Shown here: in pieces, positions 39,385 through 50,100 of the stretch
Position numbering within the stretch: the first letter of the stretch is position 1
Layout: every line of letters starts with the position of its first letter
Origin: Candidatus Bathyarchaeia archaeon
Lineage (GTDB): Archaea > Thermoproteota > Bathyarchaeia > Bathyarchaeales > Bathycorpusculaceae
Reading direction: 5' to 3'
NCBI GenBank assembly: GCA_038883655.1
Contig: JAVZLQ010000004.1
Coordinates: 96,001 to 160,000 of the forward strand
Length of the DNA: 64,000 nucleotides
Position numbers and translations under genes: made by a program
The notes under the pieces: generated by a model
Seen by the model: only the letters and a program-made list of their open reading frames with translations
Databases searched by the model: none
What the model was told of the DNA's origin: nothing

Positions 39385-41775
39385 ATGAGAAAGATTCTAC
39401 AGAAGGTTAGTGTGATTCCATTAGTTGCATTGATTCTTTTGGGTATGCTGCCAATGTTATCAATAGTTAACGCCGCCACAACAGAAATCTACGTGTCTCC
39501 AGCCAACATCATATACGACACCTCAACAGCCACTCTTGGAACCCGCTTCAACATAACCGTATGGGTTAAAGGCGTAGAAGACATGAAAACTTGGCAGGTG
39601 GAAATGCACTTCAACCACAGCGTAATAAACGTTACACGCTGGTTTGAACCTACATGGAACTCCAGCTACGTGTTCTATGGGAAAACGACGCTTCCAGTTC
39701 CAGCACCACCAAAAGTAAGTTATGGCTCTGTTAGTCCAACTGAAGGCTGGCTTGGTGTCGGTTCAGCGCTCTTCCCAGCTCCAAGCCCTGGAGGAGGCTT
39801 TACTGGTAATGGACTACTGTGCATAATAGAGTTTGAGATAAAGAGTTTGCCAGGAAAGTTTCAAGAGTTCACAAGCATACTTGATCTGAACTATCCAGGT
39901 GGCACGTTCTGGATTAAGGCAGGCGAATCCGCAAAAAGAGCATTTGACGTTTATACCCCTGGGTTCTACAAGATAACGTGGGTTCTCCCGCCGAAGCCAC
40001 GCCTAGCAGTTGACCCAACATACCGCGAGTATGGACCATGGGACTACGTTGTAGGCTGGAAATTCAACGAGCTAGTCTTCATAGACGATTTGGACCCAGC
40101 ATGGGGACTAACAACCGCGACATTCGCCCTAGAATTTGACCCAACGCTTCTCGCAATCTCGAGCTGGTCGGTTGACACACTTTGGGCTACATCCACGGTA
40201 ACTCCAGACACTGGAAGAATAAATGTTTCGGTTGCAGATCCAACGGCAACTCCAAGCGGAGACGTGCCCATAATCGTAATCGAATTCGAAATAATCTATC
40301 AAGGCGAGTCTCCGCCACTACCCCCAATGAGCTACAACGAATCGCCATTAAACCTCGTTGACATAGTGCTCTACAACCACGTTGAGCAAATACCGACAAA
40401 TCCGCCTCTTAACGGCAAAGTCAGAATATACGCGTTGATGGCGTTGCCGCTATCGTGGCTTGAGGTTGTAGACGCAGTGGACGGAGACCACCTAGTAGAA
40501 TTAGGACCAGAACCATCAATAGGCAAAGAATTCGAAGTCCACGTGATAATAAGGAACCTGCACCCAGAATGGAAGATGGTTGCATACCAGTTCAGGCTAT
40601 GCTTTGACGACTCGCTGATTGAAGGAGTAAGCATAACTGAAGGACCCTTCCTCAAAGACCCAAGATGGAACAAGTACGGCACACTATTCATCAGCAGATT
40701 TGACCCGCCAATCTATCCATACAGGGCATGCGCCGTGGTAGGCGACATCCTATGGAACTACACGTACCTAACAACGTTCCCACAGGCCCCAGGACCAGAC
40801 GTACCAAACCTAGTACCACCAGTCAATCCAATACTAGCAACAATCAGATTCCGCGCAAAGGCGCAAGCCTCAATTGACCTAAATGACGTGCTGGATCTTT
40901 GGGACGGAGGCATCCCACCAGTAGACCGCTTCCTAATGGATGTAGACAGGAACTGGATACCACTAACAGATAACATCAACTGCACTTACAAGATGAAAGG
41001 ATTCGGCCAGCCTGGAAGAGTAATCGACGTATTCGGTGGAGTAATAGACACGCAAATAACAGGGTTAGATCCATACCCAGACGGCTTCAACGGAAAAGGC
41101 CCTAACCAACCAATGGACATGGTGTGGCCACAAAAAGAAGTTGTACTATACGCCAAAGTAACATATAACTACTGGCCAGTGCAAAACAAACCAGTCTCAT
41201 TCGAAGTAACAGGACCAAATGGTTTTGAGTGGAAGGGCACAGCCATAACAAACGAAAGCGGCATCGCCAGAATAACATTCAGAATGCCATGGCAATGCTT
41301 CGACGCAGAAAAATACTTCGGAGTATACACAGTTACCGCAACAGCAGATGTATATTGCGTAGTTGTCAATGACACAATGCAGTTCCACTACGACTGGCTC
41401 GTAAGAATATTCAAAGTAACAACAAACAAGTTAGAGTACAACCACTGCGAAACAGTTGAAATAACAGTGACATACGGATCACACCTTATGATGCCAATCG
41501 ATCGGCAGAAATTCCCAGCTGAATTCTGGGTCTACATAAGCGATGAAGTCAACCAACCCATAGGCAAAGACCTAGAAAGACTTTACATCGGAGGAGCAAC
41601 CTTCTGCCAGTACAAGAATGGAACATTGACGTTCAGGATTCACGTACCCAAGTATGCAGTAGCTGGCTGGGCTGACATACATGTCAACTGCTTCAGCGAG
41701 AATCCAACGCTAGGCGGCTGGGCATGGTGTCCAGAAGTCTTGGTAGACAACGCCATATACATAAGGCCATACTAA
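39385..41775 (+). CDS. multi-cohesin scaffoldin-like surface protein (3 cohesins + Ig-like C-terminal module)
   Basis: Three cohesin-like domains (WQVEMHFN, FALEFDPTLL, YQFRLCFDDSLI..EGPFL) and a C-terminal module ending AWCPE. Start at ATG 39385 after GGAGA. Confidence 0.75.
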   Translation: MRKILQKVSVIPLVALILLGMLPMLSIVNAATTEIYVSPANIIYDTSTATLGTRFNITVWVKGVEDMKTWQVEMHFNHSVINVTRWFEPTWNSSYVFYGKTTLPVPAPPKVSYGSVSPTEGWLGVGSALFPAPSPGGGFTGNGLLCIIEFEIKSLPGKFQEFTSILDLNYPGGTFWIKAGESAKRAFDVYTPGFYKITWVLPPKPRLAVDPTYREYGPWDYVVGWKFNELVFIDDLDPAWGLTTATFALEFDPTLLAISSWSVDTLWATSTVTPDTGRINVSVADPTATPSGDVPIIVIEFEIIYQGESPPLPPMSYNESPLNLVDIVLYNHVEQIPTNPPLNGKVRIYALMALPLSWLEVVDAVDGDHLVELGPEPSIGKEFEVHVIIRNLHPEWKMVAYQFRLCFDDSLIEGVSITEGPFLKDPRWNKYGTLFISRFDPPIYPYRACAVVGDILWNYTYLTTFPQAPGPDVPNLVPPVNPILATIRFRAKAQASIDLNDVLDLWDGGIPPVDRFLMDVDRNWIPLTDNINCTYKMKGFGQPGRVIDVFGGVIDTQITGLDPYPDGFNGKGPNQPMDMVWPQKEVVLYAKVTYNYWPVQNKPVSFEVTGPNGFEWKGTAITNESGIARITFRMPWQCFDAEKYFGVYTVTATADVYCVVVNDTMQFHYDWLVRIFKVTTNKLEYNHCETVEITVTYGSHLMMPIDRQKFPAEFWVYISDEVNQPIGKDLERLYIGGATFCQYKNGTLTFRIHVPKYAVAGWADIHVNCFSENPTLGGWAWCPEVLVDNAIYIRPY

Positions 41776-41793
41776 TAGCTAGCTTTATATTTC

Positions 41794-41806
41794 ATCCCCT
41801 CTTTTT
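41794..41806 (+). terminator. pyrimidine-rich archaeal terminator ATCCCCTCTTTTT
   Basis: Lies directly after the stop codon. Near-identical motifs at 51072, 15949 and 11891 (minus strand). Confidence 0.55.
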
Positions 41807-41852
41807 CTTGTTTAGTTGAAACTTAACATAAATCTCTAGGAGAGCCCATAAC

Positions 41853-42887
41853 ATGAAAACAAAAAAACATACATTCACGGTTAAACTCCTATTAATTCTA
41901 ATCTTAATCACAACAGCATCCACATTAAAAATTAACAGAGTCTATACAGAAACAGAAACAACAATACAGCCAAACCCAACAAACACAAACACATCAATAG
42001 GCGAAAACTTCACAATAACAATGACAGTAATAAACGTAACAAACCTAAACGCATGGCAACTCCACCTAACCTTCAACCCACAAATGCTATACTGCACAGA
42101 AGTATACTTACCATCAGAAAACATATTCACACCCTACACTGCCATACTACTCTACCAAATAAACAACACCGAAGGAACAATACGCGCATTCTGCGCACTA
42201 GAAGGAACATTCGGCGTAAACGGAACAGGAACACTAAGCCAAATAAAATTCCAAAGCAAAAACCCAGGAATAACAAGCATAAACCTAATAACAGAAGTCC
42301 AAATTCCATACGGAACATACCTACAAGATCCAAACTACAACCTAATACCATACCAAGTCATAAACCCAACAGTAACAATAAGCGGACCAAACTTCCAACA
42401 AAACACATTCAACATAACACAAAACTCACAAACATACCAAATAACAATACTAAGCAACTCAACAATAACAGCATTCAACTACAACGCGACATTCCAAACA
42501 ATACAATACGACGCAACAGGCACAGACGGAACAACAGGACTATCATCAATAGCCATTCCAAAAACACTCCTAAACGGAATAATAGCAACCCTAATCAACG
42601 AACAAGCCGTACCCTACAACCAATTTGAAAACCAAACACACAACTTCCTCACATTCAACTACACCCACACAACCAAACACATAAAAATCCTCACAACAAT
42701 ACTGGGCGACATAAGCGGAGACCGCACGACAGACATGCTAGACATATCTATAATAATAGACGCGTTCATGACATTCCCAGGAAGCCAAAATTGGAACTCA
42801 CTAGCAGACATAAACAAAGACAACAATGTGGACATGTCAGACATATCGATAGCTGTTGAAAACTTCATGAAAACATGGATTCCCTAA
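41853..42887 (+). CDS. cohesin-dockerin adaptor protein
   Basis: Cohesin (AWQLHLTFNPQML..GTGTLSQIKF), a beta domain, and a dockerin at 42705-42884. Confidence 0.8.
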   Translation: MKTKKHTFTVKLLLILILITTASTLKINRVYTETETTIQPNPTNTNTSIGENFTITMTVINVTNLNAWQLHLTFNPQMLYCTEVYLPSENIFTPYTAILLYQINNTEGTIRAFCALEGTFGVNGTGTLSQIKFQSKNPGITSINLITEVQIPYGTYLQDPNYNLIPYQVINPTVTISGPNFQQNTFNITQNSQTYQITILSNSTITAFNYNATFQTIQYDATGTDGTTGLSSIAIPKTLLNGIIATLINEQAVPYNQFENQTHNFLTFNYTHTTKHIKILTTILGDISGDRTTDMLDISIIIDAFMTFPGSQNWNSLADINKDNNVDMSDISIAVENFMKTWIP

Positions 42888-42959
42888 CAAATAATCACGG
42901 AATAACCTTTATAATTTCCAAATCAACATAACATCCTGGGGAGAAAAGGAGAAAAACAA

Positions 42960-43979
42960 ATGACTAAAAAACAGAAACCAACACTACTTCTTCTAACATT
43001 CACTATAATAATAAGCGTATTATCGCTTTCCTCCTTACAAAACATCAAGTCCGCAAGCAACCTAACACTAACACTGTTTGCACAAGAAGCCTACGACATA
43101 ACCAACCCCATAACAATAAACGGAAGCCTAACACAAGACGGCACACCAGTAACAGACGCACTAGTCTCAATGCAAATAAATAACCCGCGGGGAAACATTC
43201 ACATAATGCGCGTTTTCACAACAGGCTCCACACCACCAGGCCCATGGCCAGTTGAAATAGTAGACTTCTATCTCTGCGACGCAAATGGCAATCCAAAAAC
43301 CAACTTTAAACCAGGAGGAGCGCTGGGCTACACAATCACAGTTAAAAATAATGGAGCTTCGCCCCAATACGTAATAGTGATCCTAACATTCGCATACTCA
43401 AATGGACTGCCATTCTCAGTAATAACGGCCTTCAACGAAACACTCGAGCCAAGCGCAATACGCACAAGCTTCAGATACATATATGACTTCATACCAAGCA
43501 ACGCCCCACTTGGCCCAGCATACGCCTACGCAGTAGCGATAAACAACCTAACACAGTATGGAGGAATGGCATGGTGTCCAGAAAGATCAACAACATTCAA
43601 CATAACCTTAAGCAGCGGAAGCCTAACACTCAATGGATATCAAACAGCACTTTTAGACTCAACTCCTGGAACCTTCAGCATTACCATTAAAATATCGGAC
43701 AATGGCGGACGACTCGGCAACTACACAATATACGCAAATACGTGGTACAACCTCTCATACGCACAAGACACAAAAATCTTCAAAGCATTTCTAAGATCAG
43801 ACGTTAATTTAGATGGAACTGTAGACATGGCTGACATATCAATTCTAATAGAAAAATTTATGTTAACAGATGATGATCCAGATTGGGACCCTATCTACGA
43901 CCTTGTCGAAGATGGCAGCATCGACATGGCTGACATCTCCAAAGCTATAGATGACTATTTTCTGTGGGGCTATTATTAA
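42960..43979 (+). CDS. Ig-like module + C-terminal dockerin protein
   Basis: Signal peptide; GMAWCPE module resembling the C-terminus of the 39385 protein; dockerin at 43797-43976. Confidence 0.8.
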   Translation: MTKKQKPTLLLLTFTIIISVLSLSSLQNIKSASNLTLTLFAQEAYDITNPITINGSLTQDGTPVTDALVSMQINNPRGNIHIMRVFTTGSTPPGPWPVEIVDFYLCDANGNPKTNFKPGGALGYTITVKNNGASPQYVIVILTFAYSNGLPFSVITAFNETLEPSAIRTSFRYIYDFIPSNAPLGPAYAYAVAINNLTQYGGMAWCPERSTTFNITLSSGSLTLNGYQTALLDSTPGTFSITIKISDNGGRLGNYTIYANTWYNLSYAQDTKIFKAFLRSDVNLDGTVDMADISILIEKFMLTDDDPDWDPIYDLVEDGSIDMADISKAIDDYFLWGYY

Positions 43980-43987
43980 CACGCAAG

Positions 43988-44014
43988 TAGAATTATATTC
44001 CAAAAACCTTAAGA
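43988..44014 (+). promoter_or_regulatory. conserved box TAGAA-N5-TTCCA plus TATA
   Basis: TAGAAttataTTCCA aaaac CTTAAGA. Confidence 0.65.
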
Positions 44015-44051
44015 ACACTTAGAAAATAATAATTATCGAGAGAAAGGAGAA

Positions 44052-46154
44052 ATGCATATGAAAATTAAACAGTACAAGGTTACATTATCGATCTTAATGA
44101 TTCTAGTTTCAACCCTAATGACGATACATTCGGCGTTATCTTCGCCAACATCAGAAGTATACGTGGACCCACCAGATTATATATACGATGCATCCACAAC
44201 CCCGATCGGCACATTATTTAACGTAACAGTAAAAGTCAAATATGTAACAGACATGAAAACATGGCAAGTAAAAATGTGGTTTAACGACAGCTTCATCAAC
44301 GTAACGCGCTGGTACGAACCGAAATGGGACTCAAACTACGTGTTTTACGGCAAAACTACACTACCAGTTCCAGCCCCACCACAAGTAGCTTATGGTCCCG
44401 GAGGATGGTGTGGCGTGGGAGCAAGTCTATTCCCAGCCCCAAGCCCGGGAGAAGGCTTTACTGGAAGTGGGGTCCTATGCATAATAACTTTTAACATAAC
44501 TGCCCTCCCACCACCAAACAAAACATATGCGTGCTTGCTAAACATAACAAACTATCCAGATACATTCTGGATAAGGGCAGGAGAAACAGCAAAACTGCGC
44601 TATGACATTTATAGGAATGGCTACTATGAAATAAGCCCACCATTAATCCCATATGACGTAACAATCAATGCATACTGCAACACCGAGGCACAGCAAATAA
44701 ACGCGGCAATAACGAAAGACGGAATACCAACAGGATATAATACACCACACACGTTCACAGGCTTAACTGGCACACACACATTCACCGTCCCAGAAAAGGA
44801 TTCAAAAGGCCACCCATTCAAACAGTGGAGCACAGGAGAAACAAGCAGAACAATAACGGTGGATTCTGGTGGAACATTCACAGCATATTACGAGGCAATA
44901 GTAATTGAAGGTACAAGAATTTACGTTGACCCGCCAGAAATTATCGATCCAACAATGCTGCCTTGCTCAACCTTTGACATTAACATAACAATCGATGACG
45001 TTTCAAATATGATCTCCTGCGAATTCAACCTTACATATGACCCTAACGTGCTCCAATGGATAGGCATAAAAACCTTCAGAATTTCCGGTCAAACCCCAAC
45101 AACACAGGTCATTATTGATGATGAGGCTGGTTTCATATGGGTTAAACTACGCTATGGCTCATCAATCTTAACAACCTCTCCTATAGCACTGGTTGCAATA
45201 TCATTCCATGTAGAAGGACTAGGATCAACAGTCTTAGACTTGCATGACACTGAACTTCTAGACACAGAAGGCGCACCAATAGAACATCAAGCCATAGACG
45301 GCTTCTTCATGAGCCTCATTCGCGACGTAGCAGTAATAGATGCTGTTCCATCAAGCAACTGGGCATATCCGGGCTGGCCTGTAACCATAAAAGTCACTGT
45401 TAAAAACTTGGGCAATATAAGCGAAACCTTCAGTGTAAGGGCGTTCAGTAATGACACATTAATCGGCACGGCCCCTGTTGTTGATTTAGCGCCAAACACA
45501 CAAACAGACGTATACATACCTTGGGATACATCTGGCTTAGGAGGAATATTCATTATACGGGCTGAAGCTATAGCAGTGCCCTATGAATATGACTTAACTA
45601 ACAACGTGTTAACCGACGGCACCGTTGAAATAGTAACGGTAATGCATGACATTGCAGTTATAGACGTAACTCCAGAACAATTATGGGCTTATCAAGGGTG
45701 GACACTTAAAATAAACGTTACAGTCAAAAACCTTGGAGAAACTAGCGAAGTTTTTAACTTAACCGCGTACTACAACGACAACATAATTGACATTATAACT
45801 GAATTAAATATAGACCCTGGAGAGGAACTTACCATCGAGTACGAATGGAACACTTCCCTCGTTACTCCTTGCAACAACTACACTATCAAAGCTGAAGCAT
45901 CTATAGTGCTGTACGAATACAATGTAACAAACAACCTATACGTAGATGGAGCAGTAAAAGTTAGGATGCCCGGCGACGCAAATGGTGATGGAACGGTAGA
46001 CATGGCTGACATATCTATTCTGATAGAGGCATTTATGACGTATCCAAGTCATCCAAACTGGAAGCCAGAAGCCGACTTAGACCGCAGTGGCTACGTTGAC
46101 ATGGTTGACATATCAATAGCTATAGAAAACTTTAACGAATCCTGTCTCAGATAA
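44052..46154 (+). CDS. adaptor scaffoldin: 2 cohesins + 2 CARDB + dockerin
   Basis: Cohesin A (KTWQVKMWFN), cohesin B (CEFNLTYDPNVL), RDVAV/HDIAV CARDB domains, and a dockerin at 45972-46151. Confidence 0.82.
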   Translation: MHMKIKQYKVTLSILMILVSTLMTIHSALSSPTSEVYVDPPDYIYDASTTPIGTLFNVTVKVKYVTDMKTWQVKMWFNDSFINVTRWYEPKWDSNYVFYGKTTLPVPAPPQVAYGPGGWCGVGASLFPAPSPGEGFTGSGVLCIITFNITALPPPNKTYACLLNITNYPDTFWIRAGETAKLRYDIYRNGYYEISPPLIPYDVTINAYCNTEAQQINAAITKDGIPTGYNTPHTFTGLTGTHTFTVPEKDSKGHPFKQWSTGETSRTITVDSGGTFTAYYEAIVIEGTRIYVDPPEIIDPTMLPCSTFDINITIDDVSNMISCEFNLTYDPNVLQWIGIKTFRISGQTPTTQVIIDDEAGFIWVKLRYGSSILTTSPIALVAISFHVEGLGSTVLDLHDTELLDTEGAPIEHQAIDGFFMSLIRDVAVIDAVPSSNWAYPGWPVTIKVTVKNLGNISETFSVRAFSNDTLIGTAPVVDLAPNTQTDVYIPWDTSGLGGIFIIRAEAIAVPYEYDLTNNVLTDGTVEIVTVMHDIAVIDVTPEQLWAYQGWTLKINVTVKNLGETSEVFNLTAYYNDNIIDIITELNIDPGEELTIEYEWNTSLVTPCNNYTIKAEASIVLYEYNVTNNLYVDGAVKVRMPGDANGDGTVDMADISILIEAFMTYPSHPNWKPEADLDRSGYVDMVDISIAIENFNESCLR

Positions 46155-46209
46155 CTCCCACCTTTATTTTTGAAGCATAAATCTTAAAAATTGAAGTACA
46201 CCATATTCT

Positions 46210-46935
46210 ATGCCTAAGGTGAAAACTTTGAAAGCATTATGTGTTAAAAGGAGAAGTCTATTATCTGCACTACTAATATCGGCAATAATCTTCGCTTCAA
46301 TCTTGTCAATGACAGAGTTTCGAGTATTCGCAGCAACCTCAGCCTACGTTTCTCCGGATTTAATAGTTTTAGACCCGGCAACCAACGGGACAATAGGCAC
46401 CTTATTCAATGTAACAGTGTGGGTTACAGGCGTAGAAGACATGAAAACATGGCAAGTAAAAATGTCATTCAACCATAGCATGATAAATATAACACGCTGG
46501 TACGAGCCCACATGGGACCCAGACTACGTTTTCTACGGCAAAACTACACTTCCAGTCCCAGGTCCAGTAAACGTGCGCTACGAATATGTAAATGAAACTA
46601 GCGGTTGGATTGGCGTCGGTTCAGCAATCTTCCCAGCCCCAAGCCCAGGAAACGGCTTCACAGGCGATGGGCTTCTGTGCATATTACAATTTAATGTTAC
46701 AGCGTCCCCACCTGAAGGCGAACTATACACAACCCAACTTTATATAAACTATCCAACAGACACGTTCTGGATTAAAGCTGGTGAAAGCACAAAAAGAGCA
46801 TTTGACTCTTACACTCCAGGAACAGTCACAATAATACCGGAATTCATTGCACTCATAATGTTGATTGGATTAGTAGTGTCAACCGTTACTGTGACATTAT
46901 CCAGAAAACATGTTCGAAAAGTCAAAACAGCATAG
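46210..46935 (+). CDS. single-cohesin protein with PEF-CTERM-like sorting signal
   Basis: Cohesin A copy followed by IIPEF (PEF at 46837-46845), a TM helix and a basic tail RKHVRKVK. Confidence 0.82.
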   Translation: MPKVKTLKALCVKRRSLLSALLISAIIFASILSMTEFRVFAATSAYVSPDLIVLDPATNGTIGTLFNVTVWVTGVEDMKTWQVKMSFNHSMINITRWYEPTWDPDYVFYGKTTLPVPGPVNVRYEYVNETSGWIGVGSAIFPAPSPGNGFTGDGLLCILQFNVTASPPEGELYTTQLYINYPTDTFWIKAGESTKRAFDSYTPGTVTIIPEFIALIMLIGLVVSTVTVTLSRKHVRKVKTA

Positions 46936-47005
46936 AATTATAATAATAAACTTTCACACCTCCTTTTTTCTTTAGCATTTAATTGCAGAGCATATATAAT
47001 TTTCA

Positions 47006-47032
47006 TAGAAAAAAGTTCCATAAAATTTAAAA
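47006..47032 (+). promoter_or_regulatory. conserved box TAGAA-N5-TTCCA plus TATA
   Basis: TAGAAaaaagTTCCA taaaa TTTAAAA. Confidence 0.65.
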
Positions 47033-47055
47033 AGTTTTCAAGCAGAAAATATTTT

Positions 47056-47077
47056 ACCCAAAAGTACACTTTTGGGT
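47056..47077. promoter_or_regulatory. perfect inverted repeat in 5' leader (operator or hairpin)
   Basis: ACCCAAAAGT-AC-ACTTTTGGGT between the TATA box and the RBS. Confidence 0.5.
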
Positions 47078-47109
47078 GTCTAAAAAATTAAAAGAGAGGA
47101 GAGAGGAAA

Positions 47110-50100
47110 ATGGAAGGTAAGCTGTTAGCTGCGCTGATGCTCTCGTTGCTTCTTATAAGCTCCTTAACTGTTTTGCCTATTATGTCGATAAGTGCCAGTG
47201 ATGGAACATTTAATGTGGTCTTAGGAGGAGCGGTTGCTGCTCTTGCCAAGGCTAGAGGAACAAGCGAACAGCATTATTGGGGAAGCGGATGTTGGGCGGC
47301 GGTACTAGGACAAAAGTTTGAGATGTACATTGACCCCACGCTTCCGCCATTTAACGCCTTAGGCACCTTCACAATAGATGACATATCCAGCATCTCCTAT
47401 CACACGAATAAGCCTGGTTCCCAAAATGATGCAGATTTCTATTTGGTGATTTACACCAAACCTGACGGAGTTGATGATAAGGCAACATGGTACGGGTATA
47501 AATTAATTGGCGAACCATATTATTCAAGAAACCTTAACGCTCCTAGCAATCAGTGGAATAAATGGAGCACGGATGTTGGCGCAAACCAGCTCACCTTCTT
47601 TGATCCAGACACCATAGGTTTCTATGGATTTTATGGCCAACCAACCCTCCAAGATATACAAGCCGGACCAATTAATTGGAACAACTATTATTCAGGTTGT
47701 CCAGTAACCAATATCGATTATGGAGTTGAAACTGTAAAGTATATTTCTTTCCAAACTGGAACGGCTTGGATGAACGTTTTTCAAGGCTACATAGACGCCA
47801 TAACAATAGCTCTAAATGATGGAACAACTGTTACCGTTGACCTTGAAGGATTTGCAAGCGAAATATGGGTGGATGACGACTGGACTGGTTTACCACCAGG
47901 CTACGAAGTTGAACCGGGCAAATTTATAGGCTACAACGCCTTCTCAAAAATACAAGATGCTGTTATTGCATCTATTTCTGGCGGTGTAATTTATGTCTAC
48001 GAGGGAACGTATACTGTTTCTTCTACAATAATTATTGACAAAACACTTACCTTGCTAGGGCCACAAGCTGATGTTGATCCACGTCCCATCTACGGCGGGC
48101 GAACTGGTCCAGAAGCTATCATTGAAGGTGATGGAATTATTTCAAATGTTATTAAAATCGCTGCAAATAACGTTGTGATTAATGGTTTCACAATAAGAAC
48201 TGGAAAAGGCGATATAATTCGTCAAGATGGGCCAAACACAGGAACAGTCGTTAAATATAACATAATTCATGACGGACGAGGAGACGAAGGAATACAACTT
48301 GCAAAATGTACAAACGGCATAATAGAATACAACTACGTATATGACATTGCTACTCCAGGTGATGCCATCAGTTTTGCCGACTCAAATTATTGCATCATAC
48401 GGTTTAACGAAGTTTATAACATCGGAAGCGAGAACGCTGCAATCTATGTTTACGGTTCAAACAACATGGCAATTGTTGGCAACATAGTTCACAACGTAAC
48501 ATTAAATGACGGTATCAAATTGGGGTCTAAGAATGGTGCTGATGCAGGAAAGGCTGGAGGGCTAATCAAGGGTAACATTATTTATGATGTGGAGCAGGAT
48601 GGCATAAGCGTTTATACCAGTCATGTTGTTGTCGAAGAAAATGAAATATACAATTGTAGAAGCGAAAATGGCGCCATCTACATCGCATTTGCAGTTTCCA
48701 ACATCACTGTCAGATATAACAACATCCACGATAACAACTTGAAAACATCAAAGAGACAAACATCGGCTGGCATACTAATTGAAAACAGAGTTAATGTTTC
48801 AACTGTCACTCTAAACTACAATAACATATATAATAACAAACCCTATGGCTGCACAAATGAGGCTACTGGACTACTTGACGCCCGCTTTAACTGGTGGGGC
48901 GACGCGAGTGGTCCGACGCATGCGTCTAATTCAGGCGGTATGGGCGATAAAATCAGCGATAACGTTGATTATAGTCCATGGCTCGGTAACCCATTTGAAA
49001 TCATGCCAAGAATATATCACGTTAATCCAACAGGTGCACCCGGCGCAATTCAAGAAGCCATAGACGCGGCAAGTCCTTTTGACACGGTGATTGTGCATGA
49101 GGGAACATATGCGGAGCAAGTAATGATAAACAAGAGCCTAATATTGCACGGCCTTGCTGGGGCCAAAATATTGGCTCCAGACGTGCGAAGCCCAGTCACC
49201 ATTCCAGAGTCAACCGCAATTTTCGATCCAGTGATCTTTGCTTATGGCTCTTTGAGTGGAGCAGGAACAATCGATGTTACCATTGAAGGGTTCGAAGTAG
49301 ACGGCGGAAATAAAGCTTCCAGTAGCTATCGCTATGTTGGAATCTTATGTCGCAACGTTAAACCAGGCGCAATTTCAAACAATGTAATTCACAGCTTGTA
49401 CCCACCCTCTGGAAAAGGAAGCGGACCGCAGACTTTCGGTCTACTTGTTTACGGCGATTCTGATGTAACAATTCAGCACAACGAAATCAAAGATTTTAGC
49501 AGAGGCGGGATAGGCGTTTCCGGCGATGCTGGTCCAAGCGCAGATCCTTACGCCCTTGTCCAACAAAACACGGTCTTTGGAAACGGCTTAGAAACCGAAA
49601 CAAACTGGTGGGCTGAAAATGGTATACAAATAGCATATGGCGCCAAGGCGCATGTTGTAGGCAACGAGGTCTTCGATTGCATGGTAAATAACCCAAGTTG
49701 GGCGTCGACCGGCATACTGGTGGTTGACACAGCCGACACAGTTGTTGAAAACAACTATGTCGAAGGCTGTGACATTGGCATAGGTGCCGTGGACTTTCCA
49801 AGCGCATACGGTCCACCATGGAATTACCACATCCTTTCAGATGTTCTCATAACTGGCAACACCCTGGTCGGCAATACATGGCAAATAGATATCTCAAACG
49901 ACGCAAGAAACGTTAGCGTGACTTACAATGACATCATAAACGCGATTGAGGATGGAATAGATGTTTGGAGTTATTTCGGAGATGTGTTTCCAACAAACAT
50001 AACGATACACTACAACAACATTACAGGTAGCGGTTCATACGGAGTATGGGCAAGCGAAGACATACCAGAACCAGTTGACGCACGATATAACTGGTGGGGA

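Noticed and set aside
42053-42628. 191-aa Asn/Arg-rich overlapping ORF
   Set aside because: Off-frame artefact of the extreme A/C skew (few T, hence few stops) inside the cohesin-dockerin gene.
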